From the IMG/VR virus record IMGVR_UViG_3300032330_002177, positions 38,424 to 102,423 of that record: a stretch of DNA of 64,000 nucleotides; one strand, 5' to 3'. Shown here piece by piece: positions 26,185-37,026 of this stretch. Each line of letters begins with the position of its first letter. Position 1 is the stretch's first letter. The stretch is from a virus (Duplodnaviria; Caudoviricetes). The position numbers and the translations under genes are program-made. Under the pieces are notes generated by a model. It was not told the DNA's origin. It made no database searches and worked only from the letters and a program-made list of their open reading frames with translations.

Positions 26185-27241
26185 AAATAGAATAATAACA
26201 GGTAATACAACCGCTAATAATAATCAAGTCACTGGACTTGGAGGTAGATCTAATCCTACTCCTTCAACTAATACTCAATATGGTAGAGTTATTGAAGTAA
26301 ACACTAAAGATAGATCTATCAAATATGAATTAGTCACAAATAATCTTGGCCCATCAGCATCAGATAATAAACGTAAATTTGTTGGAGTAGCTAAAAATAT
26401 TAATCCTAATCTTACTCGTCTTCCTGTAGTAGATGAACTAGTACCTTTAATTAAAGGTCCAACACCTAATATTGGATCTTCAGCTGGACAATTTGATCAA
26501 GAAACATATTATGGTTCTCCTATATCTATTCAAGGTACTGTTGATGATAATAAAGTACCACAAGATAAAACTTCAACAACAAATAATCCTAATAGTTTAA
26601 ATAACTATAAAATGAATGAGATAGGAGCTAACTCAAATCCTAATAGCACTCCTAATTCAAATCAAAATTCAGAAAGACAAGGTACTGATACTGATGGAAT
26701 TAATGGAGAATATACCTCTCAATTTATATTCCCTAAAGGATTAATGACATTAACTATTGAGTTAAAAGGTAAACCTCCTCAAGTAATAAAAACAGCTTTA
26801 GGAATCGCGGAAAGTAATAATATATTAATAAGTATAGTTCAGAATTATAATTTAACAATTCCTCAAATGGAGGCTTGGAATGAATTCCAAACATGGATGC
26901 AAGGTAAGAAATATAGTGGAAATAAAAGTATGAACACAAAGCCATTTAGTAAAAATGTTTGGTCTGAATATAAAACTAAAGTCAAAAAAGATTTCTGGGT
27001 GACATATACTAGACCTGATAATACTAGTGATGATATAAGAAAAATACAAGATGCTCTTAAAATATATAGGGCATATCTTATAAATGAATGGAAAACTAAA
27101 AAACCACCTTTCAACCCAGGAATAAAACTAAGAGATCTAAAAACAGGTGTAGTAAGACCTATGGATGTTTCTCTTCCAGATGATGTTAAGAATGTTGAAG
27201 AAAATTTTATGAAATGGGCTAAACCAACAACTTATAATTAA
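26174..27241 (+). CDS. baseplate spike (gp5-like) N-terminal module plus unknown C-terminal domain
   Basis: YGRVIEV...INPNLTRLPVVDELVPLI...YY resembles a gp5/VgrG OB-fold; next to gp25/gp6. Confidence 0.55.
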   Translation: MGAENRIITGNTTANNNQVTGLGGRSNPTPSTNTQYGRVIEVNTKDRSIKYELVTNNLGPSASDNKRKFVGVAKNINPNLTRLPVVDELVPLIKGPTPNIGSSAGQFDQETYYGSPISIQGTVDDNKVPQDKTSTTNNPNSLNNYKMNEIGANSNPNSTPNSNQNSERQGTDTDGINGEYTSQFIFPKGLMTLTIELKGKPPQVIKTALGIAESNNILISIVQNYNLTIPQMEAWNEFQTWMQGKKYSGNKSMNTKPFSKNVWSEYKTKVKKDFWVTYTRPDNTSDDIRKIQDALKIYRAYLINEWKTKKPPFNPGIKLRDLKTGVVRPMDVSLPDDVKNVEENFMKWAKPTTYN

Positions 27242-27243
27242 TC

Positions 27244-29136
27244 ATGTCAAATAAACAATATCTTAGAAGTATTGATGTAGGAGATGCTAGTTTTGAAGGC
27301 AGACAATCTAATGGATTAACAGCCAAAACAGATGGTACAACATTATTATATTCTGGTGTAAATAAATCTCAATTAGAACAATTAGAAACACAAACCGATG
27401 TAACTAATGTAGCTATAAATGGAAATGTTGGTACTATTGTTGCTATTATACCTGCTGAAAAAAATATAGAATATCCTGAAGGAAATGATAATAAGGAGAC
27501 AACACAACCTACCACTGATCCAAATAAAATAACAACACCTACAATTAATGCTGGAGGATTAAATGGTACTTATAAACCTTTAAATGTTCTATCTCAATCT
27601 ACTCAAGATTTAATTACTAAGGGTGATGGTCTTGTTTTAGTAAGAGAAACTTCTAATTCAACACGTGTCACAGGTACAATGTGGTTTAAAGGACAAGTAC
27701 TTGGATTTACATGTGAAGATCCTATACGAACCGTAAAAATAGACTCAAAAACAGCTATACCTTCAGGTCGATTTAATATTAAATTAAGTGATACATCAAA
27801 TAATCTTTTATTTAGATATAGGGTAAAAGTTCCAAAAGATCCAAATAATCCTATTTTAAATTGGAGCGCTAATGGAGTTTTCGCTCGAATTGGAACAACT
27901 TCTGATGCTGTTAGTTTAAAAGCTAGTGGTTTAAGCTTTGGTGGTATTAGAATTCATGGAGGTTGGTCAGAAACATATTCTGCTGGATGTGTTATTTATT
28001 CTCCAAAACGTAATAAAGATGGTACTGTTGGTACACCTAAAGTAGATTATTGGGAAGAACATAATAAAAAAATAACATTATTAATATTAAATAATAAAAT
28101 TAATCATATAGATATTGTTCATGAGTTTGGATCAACAACAACAGTAAATATAACTTCAACAACAGTATCTGCTCCTGCTCCAAAAACAACAACTGAAACA
28201 GTCTCAACAAAAGATAATAATATTCTTCCACCTTCTCAGGAAATTATAATACCACAAGAATCACCTTCTGATGATAATGAAGAAGAAAAAGAGAATTTTA
28301 CATTTTTAGATGAAACAGGAATTGAATTAGATCCTATAAAAGTATTTAATGTTATTGATGTTAAAGATAATGATAATGAAATTATATCAGATGCTGATGT
28401 TGCTAAAATTAATCAACAACAAATTATATTAAGTAATGAAGAAAATAAATCTAATCCTAAAAAAACAACTCCTACTCCAAAACCAACAGTTAAAAAGGGA
28501 TCTATATTTAAAATAATACAAAATAATAGTGATTATGGAAACTTAGGAGATTTATACTATTGGCCTTCTCCTTTATATAGTCAATCAGACCCAGAATGGG
28601 GATCATATAAAAGTGGTGATTTAAAACAGTCTAGTCATGGATGTTGTTATAATACTTTATCTATGTTAACAGCTTGGTTTACTCAAGATGCTACAAAAAC
28701 TCCTAAATGGCATTGGAATACTAAAAAAAATCAATCTGTTTCAGTTTATTATGATAGATTTGGAACAGCTGTTAATGGAACTGTTATATTAAAAGAAGCC
28801 AATTTAGCATCTGATGTTGATAATATATTAAAAAATAGACCTGTTGGTTTTGAATGGAAAGGTGGAAAAATATTTAGTGGTTGGGGATGGGATAAAGGAT
28901 ATAATGATTATCATGGTACTATAAAAAGAAGTCCATCTGGAGCAAGCTTTAAAGGGAAAAAAATAGTAACTATAGGTATAAGCTACACAGCCAGTAAACA
29001 ACATTGGATGGTTATAGCAGGTAAAAATCAAGATGGTACCTACACTGTATTCGACCCAGCAGGAGGAGTTATTAGATATAACCAATCTAAAGAAACCATT
29101 GAAGCAGGATTAAGCAGAATTGTTTACATTAAATAA
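27244..29136 (+). CDS. spike-associated cassette A: DUF5675-like plus C39-like peptidase domains
   Basis: TCEDP...TAIPSG...GIRIHGG...SAGC; YSQSDPEW...GCC...HWMVIAG...VFDP. Confidence 0.7.
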   Translation: MSNKQYLRSIDVGDASFEGRQSNGLTAKTDGTTLLYSGVNKSQLEQLETQTDVTNVAINGNVGTIVAIIPAEKNIEYPEGNDNKETTQPTTDPNKITTPTINAGGLNGTYKPLNVLSQSTQDLITKGDGLVLVRETSNSTRVTGTMWFKGQVLGFTCEDPIRTVKIDSKTAIPSGRFNIKLSDTSNNLLFRYRVKVPKDPNNPILNWSANGVFARIGTTSDAVSLKASGLSFGGIRIHGGWSETYSAGCVIYSPKRNKDGTVGTPKVDYWEEHNKKITLLILNNKINHIDIVHEFGSTTTVNITSTTVSAPAPKTTTETVSTKDNNILPPSQEIIIPQESPSDDNEEEKENFTFLDETGIELDPIKVFNVIDVKDNDNEIISDADVAKINQQQIILSNEENKSNPKKTTPTPKPTVKKGSIFKIIQNNSDYGNLGDLYYWPSPLYSQSDPEWGSYKSGDLKQSSHGCCYNTLSMLTAWFTQDATKTPKWHWNTKKNQSVSVYYDRFGTAVNGTVILKEANLASDVDNILKNRPVGFEWKGGKIFSGWGWDKGYNDYHGTIKRSPSGASFKGKKIVTIGISYTASKQHWMVIAGKNQDGTYTVFDPAGGVIRYNQSKETIEAGLSRIVYIK

Positions 29137-29145
29137 AATAAAGTC

Positions 29146-31125
29146 ATGCCAGATAAACAATATCTTAGAAATACTAATGAAGGAGATGCTAGTCTTGAAG
29201 GCAGACAATCTAATGGATTAACAGCCAAAACAGATGGATCTACTATTATGTATGGTCCTGCCAATCAAGCATCAACAGAACAATTAGAATCTGGAGAAAA
29301 TATAGACATAAATGGCAATACAGGATCAGTATTTGCTTTAATCCCAGCTGAAAAAAATATAGATTACACTGAAGGAAACAATAATAAGGAGACAACTCAA
29401 CCTACCACTGACCCAAACAAAATAACAACTCCTAATAAACCTACAGTTAAAGGATATAAAACTATTGTAACTGCTGACGCTACAATAACTATACCTAATG
29501 GTGTTACAGGTCCAGTGAGTGTATTTGTTTTATATCCTGGCACAACATTACCTAATAAACAAATTGGTAAACAATATATGCCTCCATTAGTAAAAAAAGG
29601 AATACCTGATTTTTATGAAAAATATGTTATTGTTATACCTAACCAAGATTTAACAAAATGGGAAAGTGTTAAAAAAGAATATGAAACCGAATTAAAAAAT
29701 GCAAATTTATCTGAAAAAAATCTTAGTATAGGTATATTTTCAGGTAGTGGTAATGATGGTAGAAGTATTCAAAGAGTATTAACTACTTTACCTAATCTTG
29801 TTAACCTTATAATAATGGATCCATGGCCTGGGAAAGTTTTTTCTAGTAATATTACTAAAGTAAAATCAACAGGTACTAAAGTATATATGATGTATAATAC
29901 TGGAAATTGGGGTTATTATCCAACTTATCCTCCTTTAATAAAAATTCTAGTTAAAAATGTTGGGGCTAATGCTACTTCTGTGTCACGTGACCATATGAGT
30001 ATACCAGCAACGACATTAACTAAATTTAGAACAGAAATTGAAAATAATTTAGGCTCTACACCAACAATACCTCAATCTCCCACACAAACCCAAAATCAAC
30101 AGCAAACTCAACAGCAAGATCAACAGCAAACTCAACAGCAAGATCAAATACAAATACAAAATCAAACTGTAGTTTCTACCACACCTGTGACTCCAGAAAG
30201 TCCTATTATTCAAGAAGAAAATATTCCTGAAGCGGCTCCATCAACAGATGGGGAAGAAGAAAAAGAGAATTTTACATTTTTAGATGAAACTGGAATTGAA
30301 TTAGATCCAGTACAAATATTTGAGTATACAGTTGGAGATCAAATTGTTACACCTTCAGCTCCTGTACAAAATGATTTAGTAGCTTCATATACTCCTGAAG
30401 AATATAAAGGATCAACTGAAGTTATTAAATTAAAACCAATTAAAACAACTCCAACAAAAGCAACTACACCTACAAAAACAACTACTAAAAGTACTAAAAC
30501 AGTACTCGCTGAAGGAGTTTTAGTTGGAGCCTTAGGAGATGTTAATCAAGAAATTAACCTACCAAATCCTATTCCAGGGGCGAAAGGAAAATTACCAGAT
30601 AAATACCGTGGAAAAATTCCAGTTAAAGAAGTAACATATACCTCTAAATTAGTTAGTATTCAAGAAATGATAAAGCTTTTTAAAACTAAGGGTTTAACTG
30701 AACAAGAAGCTAGAAATATGTTAACTTTAACAGCATCCGAAGCCGCTAGAGAGGATAAAAGTCAACCTTATTTTTCAGGATATAATTATAATATATTTGG
30801 TATTCAAGCTGAGGCATATTGGACAGCTCAATATAGTGGAGTTAAAATGAGTAGTTTTATAGCTTATCGTTATATAGCTAAAGATGATTATGGTTTAAGA
30901 ATATTCGCGGGATTTAATAGTCTTGATGATGCTGTTTCAGCTAAAATTATAGCATGTCGAAATAAAGGAATATTAACAGCTACTGATATTGATACTTTTT
31001 CAACTTTATATGTAACAAAATGGGTAGGTATAGCAGCTACTCCTGAAGCTATCAAATATAGAAGATCTATTTATCAATCATGGGGTAATAAGCGTTTTGA
31101 CCAATATAAAGCTGGTATTTATTAA
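29146..31125 (+). CDS. spike-associated cassette B: alpha/beta-hydrolase-like plus glucosaminidase/lysozyme-like domains
   Basis: N-terminus shared with 27244; GIFSGSG...IMDP; SEA...YNIFGIQ...FAGFNSLDD. Confidence 0.6.
   Translation: MPDKQYLRNTNEGDASLEGRQSNGLTAKTDGSTIMYGPANQASTEQLESGENIDINGNTGSVFALIPAEKNIDYTEGNNNKETTQPTTDPNKITTPNKPTVKGYKTIVTADATITIPNGVTGPVSVFVLYPGTTLPNKQIGKQYMPPLVKKGIPDFYEKYVIVIPNQDLTKWESVKKEYETELKNANLSEKNLSIGIFSGSGNDGRSIQRVLTTLPNLVNLIIMDPWPGKVFSSNITKVKSTGTKVYMMYNTGNWGYYPTYPPLIKILVKNVGANATSVSRDHMSIPATTLTKFRTEIENNLGSTPTIPQSPTQTQNQQQTQQQDQQQTQQQDQIQIQNQTVVSTTPVTPESPIIQEENIPEAAPSTDGEEEKENFTFLDETGIELDPVQIFEYTVGDQIVTPSAPVQNDLVASYTPEEYKGSTEVIKLKPIKTTPTKATTPTKTTTKSTKTVLAEGVLVGALGDVNQEINLPNPIPGAKGKLPDKYRGKIPVKEVTYTSKLVSIQEMIKLFKTKGLTEQEARNMLTLTASEAAREDKSQPYFSGYNYNIFGIQAEAYWTAQYSGVKMSSFIAYRYIAKDDYGLRIFAGFNSLDDAVSAKIIACRNKGILTATDIDTFSTLYVTKWVGIAATPEAIKYRRSIYQSWGNKRFDQYKAGIY
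30097..30144 (+). repeat. 24 bp tandem duplication (QQQTQQQD x2)
   Basis: CAACAGCAAACTCAACAGCAAGAT twice. Confidence 0.9.
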
Positions 31126-31140
31126 AAATAAAATAAAAAT

Positions 31141-31578
31141 ATGAAAGATTTTAAAGGCGAAAAAATATTATTATCTTCTGAACGATTAATATTTAATACA
31201 ACAACTGATGATATTGAATTTTTAACTAAAAAAATATTCCATATCTCAGCTGGAGATTCTGTACGTATTGATATAGGACCATTAGGAAGTACTAATTCAG
31301 ATAATTTATTTGTTATTAACGCTCCTAGAGTTCAATTTGGTATAGCTACTAAAGGAAGAGAAGTAGAACCTGTAGTTAAAGGTAAAACTTTAGCTGCTAC
31401 TTTAAAAGATTTAATGAAAGCTATTGAAAATTATTCAGATGCTGTAGCAGCATCTGTACCTGAAGCAACACCTATATTACAATTATTTTCAAATAAATTA
31501 AAACAAGATTTTAAACTAGTACAAGCAGATCTAGAATCACCAGGAATTGTTCAATCTAACATAACATATACAATATAA
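31141..31578 (+). CDS. spike (gp5-like) C-terminal module
   Basis: ILLSSERLIFN...VRID...VQFG...EPVVKG pattern. Confidence 0.55.
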   Translation: MKDFKGEKILLSSERLIFNTTTDDIEFLTKKIFHISAGDSVRIDIGPLGSTNSDNLFVINAPRVQFGIATKGREVEPVVKGKTLAATLKDLMKAIENYSDAVAASVPEATPILQLFSNKLKQDFKLVQADLESPGIVQSNITYTI

Positions 31579-32741
31579 TGCCAGATACATTCAACACCCA
31601 AAACTCTCAATACAAACCACCAACTCCAGGAGCTATTCCTAGTCCTGTACCTTTATCAAGTCAAGGACAATCTAGCGTTAGTGGTAGTATAGCTAATATA
31701 GGATCCTCTATAAGTGGAAGTTTCTCATCAACTAAAAATCAAGTTAGTGGTAGTATATCTAATGCTAAGGATAAACTTAATCAATTTAAGAAACAACTTG
31801 ATACTATTAAAGGAAAACAAAAAGAGCTTGATCCATTTAAAAATTTAAATGATCCTAAATCTTTTTTGAAACAGCAAACATTATCTGTTTCTAAAAATCA
31901 AGTTATAACTGTTTTAACACCTATAGTATCTCAATTTATTAAAATTGAGTATATAGCTAAATTACTTATAAAAAAACTAGAAAAACAAACTCGAGAACAA
32001 GTAAAAAATAAAGGTACATTAACTGTATCTGGAGGTACATTTACTTTTACTCCTTCAAATCCTGGTGATTATTCTATATTTAAAAGTAATTTTGATAGGA
32101 AAGTAGCTAATTTAAAAACAACAGTACAAAAATTACAACAAGTAATTACCATATTAAATAATATATTAAGAATAATAAACATAGCTTTATCAATTATTCA
32201 ATTATATATTAAACTAAAATTAGTGCAACTAGGTGTTCAATTAACCTCAGTTACAGCAGATTTAGCTAGTCCTTCTCCAGCTAAAACTAGTGGTGTTTTA
32301 CTATCAAATATAACTATTAGTATAATAAAACTTGGGGATGCTAAAGTAAAAGTAGAAAAATATAAAGCAGGTATAACAATAGCTAAATCTATATTAAGTA
32401 TTTTAAAAAAAGCATTAACTGATATAAAAATTAAACTAGACCAATTACAATTTATAATAGTATCTTCTCCAAGCAATGAAGGTATTCCAGGAGTCTCAGA
32501 TAGTACATCATTATCTTTAATAGAAAGTATAAATGATGTTCAAACAACAGCCCCAGAAAATGAAGAATACACAGATGCTGTTGGTAAGTCATATATATTA
32601 GAATTAGTGACTTTACCTAATGGTGCTATACAGTATCAAGCGTTAGATTCATACTCTAAATTTAAAATAACACAAACAGCTCCAAGTAAAATAAAAAATC
32701 CACAACAATTATTAGAAGAAATCAAACAAATATTAGGATAA
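31578..32741 (+). CDS. virion-associated coiled-coil protein
   Basis: 387 aa in the baseplate cluster. Confidence 0.6.
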   Translation: MPDTFNTQNSQYKPPTPGAIPSPVPLSSQGQSSVSGSIANIGSSISGSFSSTKNQVSGSISNAKDKLNQFKKQLDTIKGKQKELDPFKNLNDPKSFLKQQTLSVSKNQVITVLTPIVSQFIKIEYIAKLLIKKLEKQTREQVKNKGTLTVSGGTFTFTPSNPGDYSIFKSNFDRKVANLKTTVQKLQQVITILNNILRIINIALSIIQLYIKLKLVQLGVQLTSVTADLASPSPAKTSGVLLSNITISIIKLGDAKVKVEKYKAGITIAKSILSILKKALTDIKIKLDQLQFIIVSSPSNEGIPGVSDSTSLSLIESINDVQTTAPENEEYTDAVGKSYILELVTLPNGAIQYQALDSYSKFKITQTAPSKIKNPQQLLEEIKQILG

Positions 32742-32754
32742 AATATTTATAATC

Positions 32755-33222
32755 ATGAAAGCAGATACTTTTATTAAAATTTTACGTAAAGTTATACGTG
32801 AAGAAGTACAATTAGTTGTACGTGAAGAATTAGGTCTATTATTAGAAACACCAGAACCTAAAAAACCTATGACAGAAGCTAAAAAACCTGTCATAAAAAA
32901 TTCATTAGTTGATTCTATTAAACCTTCTAAATCTCAACAACCAATTTCCTTTACCAACAACAATATATTAAATAATATATTAAATGAAACAGCACATGGA
33001 AATGAGTGGCGTTCAATAATTGATGGAACATCACAACAAGCTCCAAACTTTAGTGCTATGATGGGACAATATGGTGGAGTCTCAGAACCTGTTGTTGTTG
33101 AAAGTGTAGATCAAATGTTAGCTAATACAAGACCAGCGGGAGATATCAACGCTGTTAAAATTGATGTAGTCCCTGATTTTAGCGCTTTAATGAATAAAAT
33201 GAAACAAGACGGTAAATTATAA
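32755..33222 (+). CDS. hypothetical protein with IRKVIREE-type leader
   Basis: MKADTFIKILRKVIREEV. Confidence 0.7.
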   Translation: MKADTFIKILRKVIREEVQLVVREELGLLLETPEPKKPMTEAKKPVIKNSLVDSIKPSKSQQPISFTNNNILNNILNETAHGNEWRSIIDGTSQQAPNFSAMMGQYGGVSEPVVVESVDQMLANTRPAGDINAVKIDVVPDFSALMNKMKQDGKL

Positions 33223-33224
33223 TA

Positions 33225-33653
33225 ATGGCATATAGGCAAACATATCGAATTAATCCTATTGATATAGGACAACCTATGGGAATAGGTGTTAATATTCTAT
33301 TTAACAATAGTACTGATATTTTTAACACAACATCTACCACACGAGATCAAATAAAATCAAACCTTATTAATTTTTTATTAACTAATAAAGGTGAAAGAAT
33401 GTATGATCCTGAGTTTGGTGGTGATCTTAAAAGAGCTATATTTGAACAAGCTGACAATACTTCTTTTGATACTATAACAGCCAAACTAGAAACAGAGATA
33501 GTCAATAATATACCAGGTATTAATTTACAATCAATTTCAGCATCTCCTAATCCAGATTTCAATATTGTTACCATAACTATAGTTTATCAAATAAATCAAG
33601 AAGATGATAGTTTAGTACTAAATGTAGAAACAAATAATTTAAATACATTCTAA
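33225..33653 (+). CDS. baseplate wedge protein, gp25-like
   Basis: IKSNLINFLLTNKGERMYDPEFG. Confidence 0.9.
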   Translation: MAYRQTYRINPIDIGQPMGIGVNILFNNSTDIFNTTSTTRDQIKSNLINFLLTNKGERMYDPEFGGDLKRAIFEQADNTSFDTITAKLETEIVNNIPGINLQSISASPNPDFNIVTITIVYQINQEDDSLVLNVETNNLNTF

Positions 33654-33655
33654 AA

Positions 33656-35533
33656 ATGGCGAATACTCCAGATATAAAATATTTTAGTAAAGATTTCTCT
33701 TCGTTAAAGCAAAATCTAATTGATTATGCTAGAACATATTTCCAAAATACGTACATGGATTTTAGTCCATCTTCTCCAGGTAATATGTTTATTGAAATGG
33801 CGGCTTATGTTGGTGATGTTTTGAGTTTTTATACAGATACTCAATTACAAGAAACATTACTTTTATATGCCCAAGAAAGAAAAAATATAATAGCTCTTGC
33901 TTATGCTTTAGGATATAGACCTAAAGTAACAATAGCATCATCTGTCATATTAGATATCTACCAGCAAATACCAAGTACTGGTACTCCTAATTATTCACCA
34001 GATTATAGATACACATTTCAAATTCCTCAAAATACTGTTATAGCATCAAAATCAAATCCAAGTGTTACTTTCATAACTGAAGAATTAGTTGATTTTAAAT
34101 TTTCATCTTCATTTGATCCAACATTAGTGACTATATACCAATATGATGGATCCGGAAATCCACAATTTTATTTACTTAAAAAACAAGTAAAAGCATATTC
34201 TGGTACTATAAAAACAATAGATTTTAATTTCGGAAGTCCAACTCAATTTCCTATATCTACCATCAATGATGATAATATAATACAAATATTAAGTGTTGTT
34301 GATAGTGATGGTAATAATTGGTATGAAGTACCTTATTTAGCTCAAGATACAATATTTGATGAAACATTAAATATCGCTATTAATGAACCTAACTATTATG
34401 ATGAGAATAATACAGCTAGATTTTTATTGCGCTTAAAAAAAGTACCAAGACGCTTCGCTACTCGTTTTGAAGATGACAACACATTAACTTTAGAATTTGG
34501 TAGTGGAGTAGTATCAACTCCAGATGAATTAATTATTCCAAATCCAGATAATGTAGGTATGGGATTAGTTGATGGTATAAGTAAATTAAATCAATCTTAT
34601 GACCCATCAAATTTTATGTACACTAATGAGTATGGTATAGCACCATCTAATACAACATTAACTGTAAATTATATTGTCGGTGGAGGAATAAGTACAAATT
34701 TACCATCTAATGATATTAATGTTAGCACAACTATTGGAAATGATGCTTTAATTAACTCATATAATTTAAATAATACATTAATAACAGCGTTAAGAGATAC
34801 AATTAAAGCTAACAATCCATCTCCATCATTTGGTGGAGGTCCTGGTGAAACAACAGAACAAATTCGTTTACAAGCTTTAGCTAATTTTCCAACTCAAAAT
34901 AGAAATGTTACTAAAGCTGATTATTTAGTTAGAGCTTTATCTATGCCTGCTAAGTTCGGTTACATAAGTAAAGCTTATGTAGCACAAGATTATTTAGTAG
35001 CTAATGATACTGACCGACAGAATTTTATAAATAATAATCCATTAGCTATATCTATTTATGTTTTATCAACAGACATTAATAATAAAATTACAACATTATC
35101 CAATACAATAAAGCAAAATTTAAAAACATATTTAGGATATTATAAAATGGCTAGTGATGCTATTTTGATTAAAGATGCGTATTATATTAATATTAAAGTT
35201 AATTTTGACATTACTTTAACACCATCATATAATGCTCAAGAAGTAATAACTAGATGTACTACAACTTTACAAAATTATTTTGATATTGATAAGTGGCAAA
35301 TTAACCAACCTATTATATACTCAGATGTTTATAATTTATTAAGTAATACAGCTGGAGTTAGATCAGTTATTAATGTTGATATTCAAAATTTAGCTGGTGG
35401 TAATTATTCACAATATTCTTATGATATTCAAAGTGCTACTAAACAGGGAGTTATATATCCATCAATAGATCCAATGATATTTGAAGTAAGATATCCTAAC
35501 ACAGATATATATGGACGTGTAGTTACTTATTAA
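33656..35533 (+). CDS. baseplate wedge protein, gp6/baseplate J-like
   Basis: KDFSSLK...AYVGDVLSFY...LGY; EFGSG; GG..ET..IR; QNRNVTKADY. Confidence 0.9.
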   Translation: MANTPDIKYFSKDFSSLKQNLIDYARTYFQNTYMDFSPSSPGNMFIEMAAYVGDVLSFYTDTQLQETLLLYAQERKNIIALAYALGYRPKVTIASSVILDIYQQIPSTGTPNYSPDYRYTFQIPQNTVIASKSNPSVTFITEELVDFKFSSSFDPTLVTIYQYDGSGNPQFYLLKKQVKAYSGTIKTIDFNFGSPTQFPISTINDDNIIQILSVVDSDGNNWYEVPYLAQDTIFDETLNIAINEPNYYDENNTARFLLRLKKVPRRFATRFEDDNTLTLEFGSGVVSTPDELIIPNPDNVGMGLVDGISKLNQSYDPSNFMYTNEYGIAPSNTTLTVNYIVGGGISTNLPSNDINVSTTIGNDALINSYNLNNTLITALRDTIKANNPSPSFGGGPGETTEQIRLQALANFPTQNRNVTKADYLVRALSMPAKFGYISKAYVAQDYLVANDTDRQNFINNNPLAISIYVLSTDINNKITTLSNTIKQNLKTYLGYYKMASDAILIKDAYYINIKVNFDITLTPSYNAQEVITRCTTTLQNYFDIDKWQINQPIIYSDVYNLLSNTAGVRSVINVDIQNLAGGNYSQYSYDIQSATKQGVIYPSIDPMIFEVRYPNTDIYGRVVTY

Positions 35534-35579
35534 AATTTTATAATTGCTTGATATTTATACTAGACTAATACTAATATAA

Positions 35580-36671
35580 ATGGGTGTTTATAAAATATTT
35601 CCATCACAGGACACAACTATCTACACAGATTATAATACTCTCAATGCAGGGTTAGATTCGATTTTAGACTTATCTAAAAATCCTCCTAATCTTTATGTGT
35701 CTTCTTCTACTAGCCGGGTGTTAATCCAATTTGATAACACTGATATAACAGATGCTATAACTAAATCAGGCGTTAATTTTACAGCCTCTTTAAAATTATA
35801 TAACGCCGCAGTTGATGGTATTCCTACAGGATTTAATTTAATTGTTAATCCAATTTATGAAAGTTGGGATATGGGTACAGGACGTTTTAATAATATTCCT
35901 GAGACTTATGATGGTTGTAGTTGGAAATATAGAAAAGCTAATCAATCAACATCATGGACAACATCTGGATTTCCTTCTAATACAACAGGTAGTTTTATCT
36001 CTAATAATATTGGTGGAGCTAATTGGTACTCTAATTATACAGTTAGTCAATCATTTACATTTTTTTCAACTAAAGATCTTAATTTTGATGTGACATCAAT
36101 AGTAACTGCTTGGACATCTAGTGTTATACCAAATAATGGATTTATAATTCGTAATACTGGATCTATTGAGTTTAATTCTAATTATAACTATACTTTTAAT
36201 TTCTTTTCAAGAGATACTAATACAATTTATCCTCCATGTTTGGAATTTAAATGGAAGGATAGTACATTCAATTCAGGATCTACATCTTATGTGAGTGATA
36301 ATAATATATTAGTATCATTATCAAATAATAAAAATATATTTTATGATAATGAATATGTAAAATTTAGAGTGTACGCTAAAGATAGATACCCAGCTAGAAC
36401 ATATACTACTAGTTCTTTACAAAGTTATAATAAATTATTACCAACTACAACATATTATTCAATAATTGATTTAAATTCAAATTTAAGAGTTATTGATTTT
36501 GATAATATCGCTACTCAATTAAGTAATGACTCAATAAGTAGTTATTTTATGTTATATATGAATGGGTTAGAACCAGATCGTTATTATAAAATACAAATCA
36601 AATCAGTGATTGATGGTGGAACTTATATATATGATGATGATTTTTATTTTAAAGTAAACCAAACTGTTTAA
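35580..36671 (+). CDS. virion structural protein (DNRLRE-like)
   Basis: DTTIY...SRVLIQFD...LKLY...FDVTSIV.AW...NNGFII...FFSRD...PCLE. Confidence 0.65.
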   Translation: MGVYKIFPSQDTTIYTDYNTLNAGLDSILDLSKNPPNLYVSSSTSRVLIQFDNTDITDAITKSGVNFTASLKLYNAAVDGIPTGFNLIVNPIYESWDMGTGRFNNIPETYDGCSWKYRKANQSTSWTTSGFPSNTTGSFISNNIGGANWYSNYTVSQSFTFFSTKDLNFDVTSIVTAWTSSVIPNNGFIIRNTGSIEFNSNYNYTFNFFSRDTNTIYPPCLEFKWKDSTFNSGSTSYVSDNNILVSLSNNKNIFYDNEYVKFRVYAKDRYPARTYTTSSLQSYNKLLPTTTYYSIIDLNSNLRVIDFDNIATQLSNDSISSYFMLYMNGLEPDRYYKIQIKSVIDGGTYIYDDDFYFKVNQTV

Positions 36672-36673
36672 TT

Positions 36674-37024
36674 ATGAGTGAGATAGTTACATTACAAAAA
36701 ACTATATATAGTAACAATATAAATAATGTTATTGATACTAGTTTTAGTCAATTAATCCCTCCATCAGAAACCCAAATTCCAGCGGTTCCTGATACAACAG
36801 TTGATCAATTTTTTGAACAATATAATATTTTATTTTATGAAATACCACCATCTGGATCAGATAACTCTCATTTAGGTTTAGCTAACAGAAGTTTAGAATA
36901 TCTAGGATTATCTTTAGATGATCTTCAAATAGAAATAGAATATTTAAGACAAGAAAATGTTGAATTAAAAAATCAAATATTCCAGGCTTCTAAAATCAAT
37001 CCTGGTGAACTACAAGAATTATAA
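36674..37024 (+). CDS. hypothetical virion protein
   Basis: C-terminal coiled coil. Confidence 0.65.
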   Translation: MSEIVTLQKTIYSNNINNVIDTSFSQLIPPSETQIPAVPDTTVDQFFEQYNILFYEIPPSGSDNSHLGLANRSLEYLGLSLDDLQIEIEYLRQENVELKNQIFQASKINPGELQEL

Positions 37025-37026
37025 TT

